Positions 55,464-64,000 of a DNA stretch of 64,000 nucleotides are shown here, one piece after another (position 1 is the first letter of the stretch; the number at the start of each line of letters is the position of its first letter). A program made the position numbers and the translations under genes. The notes below the pieces were generated by a model. It did no database searches. It saw only the letters and a list, made by a program, of their open reading frames with translations, and had not been told where the DNA came from. Source of the DNA: Alphaproteobacteria bacterium (GTDB lineage: Bacteria > Pseudomonadota > Alphaproteobacteria > SP197); the NCBI GenBank assembly GCA_964291265.2, contig OZ219747.1, forward strand, positions 3,200,001-3,264,000, written 5' to 3'.

Positions 55464-57524
55464 TCAGAAAGAGTCCCCGCCTGGGGCCACCAGAACCCTG
55501 TCGCGCTTCACGTGATCTGTCGCATCGAGCGTTCTCGCATAGAGGTGGCCGGCATGGACTGCCGCGGCGATGGTCTGCGGCGCCTCGCAGTCACCGATGC
55601 GGCGGACGCTCTTCAGACCGGCATCCGCGTGTTCCTCCTGTCGGCCCATCAACGCCTTCCACAGATCCTCCAGTGGCCGGCGAGACGTCACGACGACGAT
55701 GTTCCTGCATGGAATCGCGACATTCTCTGCCCCGGATGCGTGGGCAAGAACTGCCTCGCTGCCATCGAAACCGCGCAGCAGTCGCGATGTCCAGGTGACG
55801 ACGCCGATCTCGATGAGACGGGCCTCGATACGCCCCTGGTCCAGGGTATGCGCACAGAGGGGCGACACGATGCCGGCGCTGGTGGCGACAACGACATCGA
55901 GTCCGCGTCCGGCAAGCGTTTCGGCCATGACGCCACCCATGTAGAAATGATCGTCGTCATAGACCAGTACCGGGCCATCGATGGGTGTACCCTCCATGAC
56001 GTCGTCGGGCGTCAGGACTCCATCGAGGTCATGCCCTTCGAATGGCGTGAAACTCGAACGCCCCGTCCCGTCGCGCCGCCAGGTCGAACCGGTGGCGATG
56101 CACACATGACCGAAGCCGAACTCCAGGACCTGGTCGGCGTCCAGTCTGCTTGATCGATAGATGTCCACGTTGGCGAGTTTGGCGATCTGGCCCACTCTCC
56201 AGTCCCTGACCCGTGACCATGTCGAAAGGCCTGACAGGGCCGCTTCCCGAGCCACCCGTCCTCCGAGTCCGGTGGAGGCCTCGGCGAGCGCCACCTGGTA
56301 GCCCCGGCGCCCCGCAGCGAGAGTCGCCTCGAGCCCGGCGGGTCCGGCCCCGACCACGAGCACCTTCTCGTCGGACGAGGCTTGGGTCATGATTTCGGGG
56401 TGCCATCCCCGGCGCCACTCCTCGCCCATGGTCGGGTTCTGCGTGCACCTCAGCGGCACGCCCAGGCCGTTGCTGAGGATGCATATGTTGCAGCCAATGC
56501 ACTCGCGGATGTCGTCAAGCCGGCCGTCTCGGATCTTGGCCGGAAGGAAGGGATCGGCAATGGATGGCCGCGCCGCGCCGATGAGGTCCATGAGTCCCTT
56601 GTTGATGACCGAGACCATGCGATCCGGCGACGTGTACCGGCCCACCGCCACAACCGGTTTCGTGGTCACCTGCTTGACGAAGGCAACGTAGTCCTCCTGG
56701 GCGCCCTCTTCGGCGAAGCGCGCCGTGCGGGCATCGGCAGGGAAATTCGCCAAGTTGACATCCCAGAGGTCCGGAAGTTCGGCAAGGTACTCGACGAGGT
56801 CCCGCCCTTCGCCGTCGCATGTGATGCCCATGTCGGTATCAAGATTGTCGACGGCAAAGCGCAGCACGACAGCGCAGCGGTCTCCGACCGCGTCCCCGGT
56901 CTCCTCCAGGAGTTCCCGGATCAACCGGGCCCGGTTCTCGAAGCGGCCCCCGTACTCATCCGCGCGCCGGTTCTGAACCGGTGACAGGAACTGGGCCGGG
57001 AGATAGCCGTGCGCGGCATAGACATAGACAAGATCGAATCCCGCTTCCCGGGCGCGCAGGGCCGACAGCCGGTGCAGGCGTCGAAACTCCCGGATGTCGG
57101 CCTTGTCCATGGCTCTCGTCTGCGTGAATCCATGCCACACCGGCATGGACATCGGGGCTGCCGGAACGGCCCGGGTGAGGCCGTTGTTGGTGGCATATCC
57201 GCCGTGCCACAACTCGACGCCAGCGAGCGACCCGTGCCGGTGCACGGCCTCGACCATGGCGGCCTGAACGCTGATGTCGTCGTCGTCCCACAGGGTGCAG
57301 TAATGATGACCGAAGTCATCTGACGAAGGATCGATGGAACAGTACTCTGTGCACACGACACCCCAACCGCCCTCGGCCTTGATTCCGCGCATGGCATTGA
57401 GAGTCTGCGGGAGGGCAAAGCCCATGCCCGAACAGTGCGGCACCTGATAGAATCTGTTGGGAGCCGTGACCGGTCCGATGCGAATGGGCTCGAACAGGAT
57501 GTCGTAGCGCGGATCGCGTGTCAT
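55464..57524 (-). CDS. Trimethylamine/dimethylamine/histamine dehydrogenase-family flavoenzyme
   Basis: RDPRYDILFEPI..GP...NRFYQVPHC (FMN-linking Cys), YAAHGY and CIGCNIC..C. Confidence 0.88.
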   Translation of the reverse strand: MTRDPRYDILFEPIRIGPVTAPNRFYQVPHCSGMGFALPQTLNAMRGIKAEGGWGVVCTEYCSIDPSSDDFGHHYCTLWDDDDISVQAAMVEAVHRHGSLAGVELWHGGYATNNGLTRAVPAAPMSMPVWHGFTQTRAMDKADIREFRRLHRLSALRAREAGFDLVYVYAAHGYLPAQFLSPVQNRRADEYGGRFENRARLIRELLEETGDAVGDRCAVVLRFAVDNLDTDMGITCDGEGRDLVEYLAELPDLWDVNLANFPADARTARFAEEGAQEDYVAFVKQVTTKPVVAVGRYTSPDRMVSVINKGLMDLIGAARPSIADPFLPAKIRDGRLDDIRECIGCNICILSNGLGVPLRCTQNPTMGEEWRRGWHPEIMTQASSDEKVLVVGAGPAGLEATLAAGRRGYQVALAEASTGLGGRVAREAALSGLSTWSRVRDWRVGQIAKLANVDIYRSSRLDADQVLEFGFGHVCIATGSTWRRDGTGRSSFTPFEGHDLDGVLTPDDVMEGTPIDGPVLVYDDDHFYMGGVMAETLAGRGLDVVVATSAGIVSPLCAHTLDQGRIEARLIEIGVVTWTSRLLRGFDGSEAVLAHASGAENVAIPCRNIVVVTSRRPLEDLWKALMGRQEEHADAGLKSVRRIGDCEAPQTIAAAVHAGHLYARTLDATDHVKRDRVLVAPGGDSF

Positions 57525-57761
57525 GGTTCCCGATCTCCCGTTCCGAGGCCAGCGTACCTTCCCGCGCCCTGGCTGTCAGCGGTCCGATTGACAGGGCGCC
57601 GGTGCCTGCCGCAACTGGATGGACCCACTCCATGAATGATCTCAGCGAAAGCTTGAGCGATGCCGAACGTTCGAATGAGCCCGGCAACGGAAACGATGAG
57701 GGTCAAGAGCCAGTCCGTGTCGATGCTTATTGCTGTTTCGTGACGTCCATTGTGAATAACG

Positions 57762-57985
57762 CCAGACATCCTGACCTCGCCCAATGTCAGACGAGACGAT
57801 TCTGGAGTGTTGCGCCATCGTCAGGGAGACCCCCCTCGCGTCTGCGTGGCCGCTGCGGTGCACCAGGGACCGTCTCACCCCTGGCCTTCAGGAGCTTCAC
57901 CGCACGGTAGACGCCTTCGTGCGAGGCATTGAAGGCTTGGCCAGGTCGACACAGCTCAACGCCGGTGACCGTGTAGAACCTGCCA
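57762..57985 (-). mobile_element. End fragment of an uncharacterised-transposase element (homologous to 63681-63910)
   Basis: CAGACATCCTGACCTCG end motif followed by ~220 bp matching 63681 onward. Confidence 0.7.
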
Positions 57986-58665
57986 AGCGCTCCCGGGATC
58001 ATCGCCGTCCGCGCCATCGAGCGGAACGTGGTCTGCGAGCCATGCCGCCAGCATGCCGGTTCTCTCACGCGCGGACCGGAGGTCGACGAACGCGGTCTCC
58101 GCGTCGTGGCGCACCTGCCAGGTCTCCACCGCACGGCGTTACTCCGCCGTTAGCCCCGCGGACTGCGCCAGGGCCGCGCCGCGGCGGGAGAGATCCGCAT
58201 GGTCCGCCAGGAGGGAGACCGGCACGGCGTCCTTCCGCGACCGTTCGACCAGGGTCCGCCAGTCGCGGGCAAAGCGCGCGGCATCGTCCTTCAGCCGCAC
58301 CTGTTCCAGACCGGCAAGCGCGGCCTCGAGGCGTTGGCTGTCTGCCGTCGGGAGTGCCGGCGCGTCTTCTCCGGCGAGCCGCCGCCGGGCGCTGTCGACA
58401 AGGGCCGTTCCCGCATCGCGCCATCAACACGTCCGCCAGGCCGGGCCATTTCCTGCAGGGTGACCCGCGGACCCGGCCGCCCATGTCAGTTCCGGCCAGC
58501 GCCGCGGCTGGTCCTGCAGGCCGGCGATGAGCTCCCGGACCTGGCGCTCCGCGGTGCGCGCCGCTTCCAGGGAACAAGGCGGTCGTCGACGAAGGCGCGC
58601 ATCTCGTCCGGCAGGTCCTCGACCGTCGCGAAGGCGGCGAGGTCACTGGCGCCCCCGCGCGCTGG

Positions 58666-60147
58666 TCAGTTCTTGTGGGCGCCGAAGGCACCGTCCATGT
58701 GACCCTCGGTTCCGTATTGCGCACTGAACCTGCCGTGGATGCCGGTCGGCTGGCTGTCGGCGCCCGGCGTCCTCTGGCTGTCGTTGAAGAAATGAGCCCA
58801 AGCGCCGTAATGCGGTAGGAGCCTCTCGCCCTTCACCGCGTCGATGGTCCAGCTCGTTCGGCCGCCCAGCCCGGTTCTGTCAGTCCCGGTAATGTCGGCC
58901 TGCTCCAGATCGACCTTCCAGTTGCGGCTCCGTCCGCCTACCATGAATTCGGTGATCGTGCCCGTGACCGTCCCGAGCGCGGTGCCGTCGCCGAAGGCGG
59001 CGGTCACCGTGGCCTTGGCCGTCCACTCGCCGGCCTCGTCGGCTTGGCCTTGTCGTTTCAGGGCATACATGCCGGTCGCCGCCCCCACGTAGGTCCCTGT
59101 GCCAGTCGCCACGGCCGGGGCGCCGACCGGGTCGGCCTCATACCATCCAGGTTGGTCGTTATCCCAAAATTCGACATTGGCAAACTCCTGGAAGGCCAGC
59201 GCGCCGTCCTGCTTGTCCTTCTGCAGCCACCAGCCAAAGAGCGTGTGCCTGTAGTCCGTTATACCGTCCGAATCCGGCGCCTCAAGGTCCGTGTAGAACA
59301 CGAGGGTGTGTTCGTACCTGTCGTTGCTGCCGGTCGCACGAGTGCCGGCCCATCCGTGGAGGGCAGGAAGCTTCTCCGACGTCAGGCTGAGCCGGAGATC
59401 CGTATTATCGTCACCTGCTTCGTCGCTGACCATGAAGCTCAGCGCTTCATCGTGCATCGCCGACGTGACGATCCAGTAATGGTTGATGAGGCGTTGGCTG
59501 ACTTGGGCCCCCTTGTCCACCTCGAAAAGGAGTTGGACGGAATCGCGACCCGCGCCCACAGCTCTGTCTTCAAGAGCGGCGAACACCTCGGCGACATCCA
59601 CGGAAGGCGTTACCGGCGGAGGGTCGCCAGTCGAAGGCGTACCACCAGTCGAAGGTGTGCCGTCAGCCGGAGGCGTTCCATCAGCCGGAGGCGTTCCATC
59701 ATCCGGAGGCGTTCCATCATCCGGAGGCGTTCCATCATCCGGAGGCGTTCCATCATCTGGAGGGGCTCCGTCATCCGGAGGCGTTCCATCATCCGGAGGC
59801 GTTCCATCATCTGGAGGGGCTCCGTCATCTGGAGGCGTCGGCGTCACCGTCGGCATACCGCCGGTATAGGTGGCCGTCTTGTTGGCATCCACGGTGACCA
59901 TGCAGGCCTCACCGCCAGCCGGGCAGGTGTAGGTGACACCGCCGAGCGTCCTGCTTTCGCCGGGGGCAATGGTCAAGGCGCCGGCCATGATCGCGGCATC
60001 ATCATCAATGCCGGACAGGTCCAGGGACTTCGGCGCCGGCGTCATCGTCACGTCTGCCTTCTTGGACGACCCGCCGCCACCGCAGCCTGCGAGTGCCAGG
60101 CAGGCAACGGTCATCGCCGCCAGAACCACATGTTGCGTCGTTCTCAT
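58666..60147 (-). CDS. Surface lipoprotein with a TbpB-like C-terminal beta-barrel and a Pro/Asp linker
   Basis: Lipobox LAGC+GGGG; FGWWL, GTYVGAATGMY, C-terminal GAFGA. Confidence 0.78.
   Translation of the reverse strand: MRTTQHVVLAAMTVACLALAGCGGGGSSKKADVTMTPAPKSLDLSGIDDDAAIMAGALTIAPGESRTLGGVTYTCPAGGEACMVTVDANKTATYTGGMPTVTPTPPDDGAPPDDGTPPDDGTPPDDGAPPDDGTPPDDGTPPDDGTPPDDGTPPADGTPPADGTPSTGGTPSTGDPPPVTPSVDVAEVFAALEDRAVGAGRDSVQLLFEVDKGAQVSQRLINHYWIVTSAMHDEALSFMVSDEAGDDNTDLRLSLTSEKLPALHGWAGTRATGSNDRYEHTLVFYTDLEAPDSDGITDYRHTLFGWWLQKDKQDGALAFQEFANVEFWDNDQPGWYEADPVGAPAVATGTGTYVGAATGMYALKRQGQADEAGEWTAKATVTAAFGDGTALGTVTGTITEFMVGGRSRNWKVDLEQADITGTDRTGLGGRTSWTIDAVKGERLLPHYGAWAHFFNDSQRTPGADSQPTGIHGRFSAQYGTEGHMDGAFGAHKN
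59620..59838. repeat. 18-bp coding tandem repeat (PPDDG[T/A] x8, PPADGT x2, degenerate PSTG x2)
   Basis: Read directly. Confidence 0.9.
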
Positions 60148-60750
60148 CGAACTCTTCTCCTCTCTCCAAGCCCGGACCGACCGGGCCAATCGTTTGAACC
60201 GTTCCTGCGTTCCCCGAACCACCCTCGGAAAGTCTTGAGCGTGATGCCGGTCACGAAGCCCGCGCCCTCAGTCTTCGGCGAACTTGCCGCGGTCCCCCTC
60301 GGCCATGATCAGCAAGTTCACCAGTCGATGCCCGCGTCGCCCTCGTGCGCGAAGCGCCATCCATGATCATCGCGACCGCCCGCGCCCGCGAGGCATGCTT
60401 CGCTTCCCAGCAACGCCCGGCGGAACAGTGGATCACTGTGGATGAGGGGTGGAGCCACAACCTCGGGGGGGGGCCGCGGCAGGTGCCGGGTGGAACCGGC
60501 TCCGTCGGGAGGGTCTTGCCACCGACGCGGCGTGCGCACTCCCGCATGCTCCCGGCAACGCGTTCATCCGCCTGCGCCCGGCGCTCTTCCAGTGGAGGAA
60601 GCGTGGGCGGGAAAGGCGGTATTCAGACGGGAGTGATGTCCCCGATGGCGAGCGGGTGGGCGCCGAAATCCAGCAACTCGGGGACATGCACCGTCGAACA
60701 GGCGCACGGCCGGGCCGTATTATGCCCCGGTGCATATCGCGGAATCTCAT

Positions 60751-60830
60751 GCAGAGGCGCAGAGGCGCAGAGGCGCAGAGGCGCAGAGGCGCAGAGGCGC
60801 AGAGGCGCAGAGGCGCAGAGGCGCAGAGGC
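60751..60830. repeat. Perfect 8-bp simple sequence repeat (GCAGAGGC)x10
   Basis: Read directly. Confidence 0.97.
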
Positions 60831-61255
60831 GCAATTTTACACCGAGATCAAGGCGGGAAGTCAAGTCCGAAATACACCCGTCGCAACGATTGTGCCAGAC
60901 CATAAACTGGCGCACGGCCGTCATGCAACAGGAGTTTCCGGCCCGGACCACTGCTGTGGCTGGCGGAGACGCAGTGCCTTACCGCGCCTTCCATGCGCTG
61001 GATACTCCGGCGGCCTTGCGGAAGAGCCGCAGACATGACTGCGGCAGAGTTGGACGTCACTCGCCGGCAGCCCGACCCGCCGCCTTTCAATCGTCCATTG
61101 CAACTGCTTGCCCGATATCAGTCGTATTGATCAAGATTGGACATCCTGACTTCGTCCAACTTCAAGTGAGGCGATTCTGGAGTGTTGCGCCGTCGATGTC
61201 GCAAACGGCGGAGGCTTGTTCTCGGATAGACTGTCCTGGTCTGGTTGAGGTCTTC

Positions 61256-61500
61256 GTGCAGCGAGTCTAGTTGCTGTACTTGCGAGTGAGAGTTCCGCCG
61301 GCGCAATTTCCAGTTTGGCGCCGTAGCATATCCCACTGGTTCAGGGGCGACCCTGGACCAGCGAGCTGGGACGTAGAAAGCCGTTGTGGGCTGGCTGGAA
61401 CGCAGTGTCCAGCCGGTTCGGTCAGCCAGGGCGGCGAGCAAACCGGAGGGCCGTGGCGAAAGCGAACGATTGGACGAAGCCCCGAGAAAACCATCCTAAC
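61256..61500 (+). ncRNA. 5' fragment (domain I) of a group II intron
   Basis: Begins GTGCAGCG; GAGTGAGAGTTCCGCC, CCGTAGC, GGGCGACCC and GGCGGCGAGCAAACC resemble bacterial group II 5' ends; no RT or domain V present. Confidence 0.65.
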
Positions 61501-63247
61501 GGAACAGGGCCGGACTCCAGCCCTCCCGGTCGAAGACCAGCGTCAGGGCCGGCACGGCCATGTCGGCAGTGGTGAGATCCGGTGCATCCGGCCCCGCCAC
61601 GCCCAACTCCTCCAGCGCCGGCAGAACATCCCGTTCCAGGGCGCGGGTCAGGGTGGGATCGAGGTTCTTGTGCAGGCACAGCAGCGGCCGACCGCCAAGC
61701 GCATGGACCCAGTAGCTGACCGAAGCCGGCAGGCAGAGCTTCTGACGAGACACGAAGTGCTTCGGCTTAACCCCCTTGCGGCCGGTATACACTTTCACGT
61801 GACCGTCGACCGACAGCGTCGCGGTCGCCTCCGGGTCCTCCGCGCACCAGTCCCTCGCCAGTGCGCCCTGCCACGCCGTGAGCCGTTCCGCATCCGCCGC
61901 CAGCGCGCGAACCTTGCTCCGCAGCGTCTTGACCTCCGGACAGCGGTCCAGACCCAGGATGGCGCCCCATTCCCCCGGGGACTGGTAGCGTAGCGCCTCC
62001 GCGTTCCGCACCCGGACCAGCAGGAGAAAGGCCTGCAGCAACAGGATGCTCGTCACCCCGTAGTACCCCTTCGGCAACGACAGGAACGCGGGCGCGTGCT
62101 TCAGCAGCCCCTCCCGGAGAAGCGCCGGCAGCGCCGCGAGCACGCCGCCGTGCGCCACCGCCGACAGGGCCTCGGCAAACCGGGGCTGCGCCTCGGGCAA
62201 CCTTCCGACTGCAGCCGCGACCCGCCCCATGCCGTCCCGCGCACCGCGACCCATCGGCGCCGAACGGTCCCGATCGTCGCGGGCGGCGCGGTCGAGCGGA
62301 CGCGGCGCCGGGGATCCGCAGACCTCGGTGTCGCAGGCCGGCATGGACACTTCTTGCGGCCCATCGGGCTTCTCCGATGCATCCGGGCCGGACCCGGCAG
62401 TCGCGGCCTCCGGCCGCGCCGCGCCGATCGAACCCTTCCGGCGATGGTAGTTCAGGGTCGCGGCGTTCACGCCGAGTTCGCGGGCCGCCGCCGACACGCT
62501 CTTGCCCTCGGCCAGCAGACGGTCCGCTTCCTCGCGGATCTCCTGCGTGATCACCACGCGGCCACTCCCACCCGGACGGACACCGGACACGCCGGAGCCT
62601 CCAACCGCTCCCGCGAAAGGCAGATGACCCTTCCGGCGGTGGGCCTGCAACATCTCCTTCGACATCCCCAGAGCACGGGCCACCGCCGCATCGCTCCTCC
62701 CCTCGGCCAGGAGACCGAGAGCCTTCTCCTTCGTCGCGGCCGAGAGCGCCGGGACCTCGCGGCACGGACGAAGTCCGCGAGCGGCAGCACCGTCCCCCGA
62801 ACCCGCGGGCGCAAGATGGCCGCGCCGGCGGTTGTAGTTCAGCGTCTCCTTCGACAGCCCCAGTTCCCGCGCCACCGCCGCACCGCTCATCCCCTCGGCC
62901 AGCAGACGCGTCGCACGCTCCTTCATCTCCCCCGTGATCGCGCTCACCCCGCGTACCGGACAGAACTGCAGGAAGCCGGCCTCGCCCTCATCGCGCAATC
63001 GGTTCACCGACCGCTGCAGGGTCGTGCGAGAGAGACCGAAGGCCATCCGGATGTCCGCTCGGCGCACCCCGCTCTCGGCCAGGCGGGCCGCCCGCAGGAG
63101 CCAGGCGCCGCGATCGTCCACATCGTGAAAGTCGTAGGGTTCGAGGTTCGAAAAATAGACCACCTGACCGCGTTCGTTCTCGGCGAACGAGAAGCAGGAA
63201 TGTCCGATCGGAACCGCCTCGGGAGGGGACAGGGGAAGCGTGTCCAT
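61496..63247 (-). pseudogene. 3'-truncated putative transposase with three tandem HTH modules
   Basis: GGVLAALPALL, PGEWGAILGLDRCPEVKTLR, VDGHVKVY and VFDREGWS, then abruptly joins the intron fragment. Confidence 0.72.
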
Positions 63248-63396
63248 GGGCCACCTGGAGAAAGAAAGTGGGGTTGCGTACCTTACTCGACAGCAGATTC
63301 ACTTGTTAAGCCCGCCAAACCCTGAAAACCCTTGGTTTCCCTGTGGAAAAGGGCTCCGTCAGACCCAAGACGGCTTTCCGAAGTCAGGACGTCTGA

Positions 63397-64000
63397 GGTT
63401 CGCCGACACGGACATGGCTGGCCAGGGTCGAGTGGCGCTCCTTGAGTTCGGCGAGGTCCTCCTCGATGGCGCCGACCTCGGCAGCGAGAGCGTCTGTTGT
63501 CTTTCCCTTGGCGGTGGCCCTGGCGGTCCGCACATGCAGCTGAGCGAGGCGCGCCTGGTTTTTCTGGATGGCGCCTTACCCACGGTTCTCATGTGCGGAT
63601 TGACCACGAGGGTGTCGTGATCGAGCGTCTCGAAGCCATGCTCCGGCAGAGCGTCAAGGTTGTAGGTGTCACGCCTATACTCAGACATCCTGATCTCGGC
63701 CAATGTCAGATGAGACGATTTTGGAGTGTTGCGCATCGCCGGCATCGCCGGGGAGATCACCCTCTCGTCTGTGTGGCCGCTCCGGTACACCAGGGACCGT
63801 CTCGCCCCTGGCCATCAGGAGCTTCACCGCACGGTAGACGCCCTCGCGCGAGACAGTAAAGGTCTGGCCAGGTCGACACAGCTCAACGCCGACGACCGTG
63901 TTGAACCTGGCGATGCGCAGGGTCTGTCGACGGGTGTTATGATGGGCTGCATGGCAGTCGAAGGGCTCGAGATTGGTGAAGTACCATGCCTGATTGTCAA
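63397..64000 (-). pseudogene. Further relics of the same transposase family, with another end motif at 63681
   Basis: YNLDAL...TLVVNP fragment; TCAGACATCCTGATCTCG; WYFTNLEPFDCH resembles YFSNLEPYDFH of the 61496-63247 protein. Confidence 0.6.

Larger units (their letters stand above)
61137..63396 (-). mobile_element. Degenerate IS-like element encoding an uncharacterised putative transposase
   Basis: IRs TTGGACATCCTGACTTCG / TCAGACGTCCTGACTTCG (15/18 match); no TSD seen. Confidence 0.7.

Noticed and set aside
57990-58665. Coding-like minus-strand stretch downstream of the lipoprotein
   Set aside because: Looks frameshifted and no family could be assigned.
50092-60830. Tandem repeats as possible CRISPR arrays
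   Set aside because: Units are contiguous with no unique spacers, two are in-frame coding, and no cas genes are present.

Overview
This is a GC-rich bacterial window, probably alphaproteobacterial (inferred from gene content). A catabolic backbone is heavily invaded by mobile DNA. The backbone carries a partial xanthine-dehydrogenase-family subunit, an MlrC-type peptidase, a tungsten AOR pair with a MoaD-like partner, tRNA-Ser(TGA), NAD kinase, flavoenzymes, msrA, a pim-like beta-oxidation cluster, a DMT transporter, a trimethylamine-dehydrogenase-like enzyme and a TbpB-like lipoprotein. Mobile structures resolved from the sequence: (1) two intact IS1634-like copies with TA target duplications, one inside a tnpB relic; (2) a 5.8 kb non-autonomous element with the same IS ends that carries two RTX genes and sits exactly in the TAATG stop/start overlap of an acyl-CoA dehydrogenase pair; (3) a ~12 kb island between ~850 bp direct repeats of the DMT gene end, holding an IS4 relic split by a 5.3 kb IS21-type element with a coupled Toprim-like cargo operon, a nuclease gene split by a DUF4338-ISAs1 fusion element, and an AbiE toxin-antitoxin pair, next to a GmrSD-like gene; (4) a cluster of uncharacterised-transposase relics with a group II intron fragment. 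All family calls come from motif recognition; no database search was run. No CRISPR array was seen.
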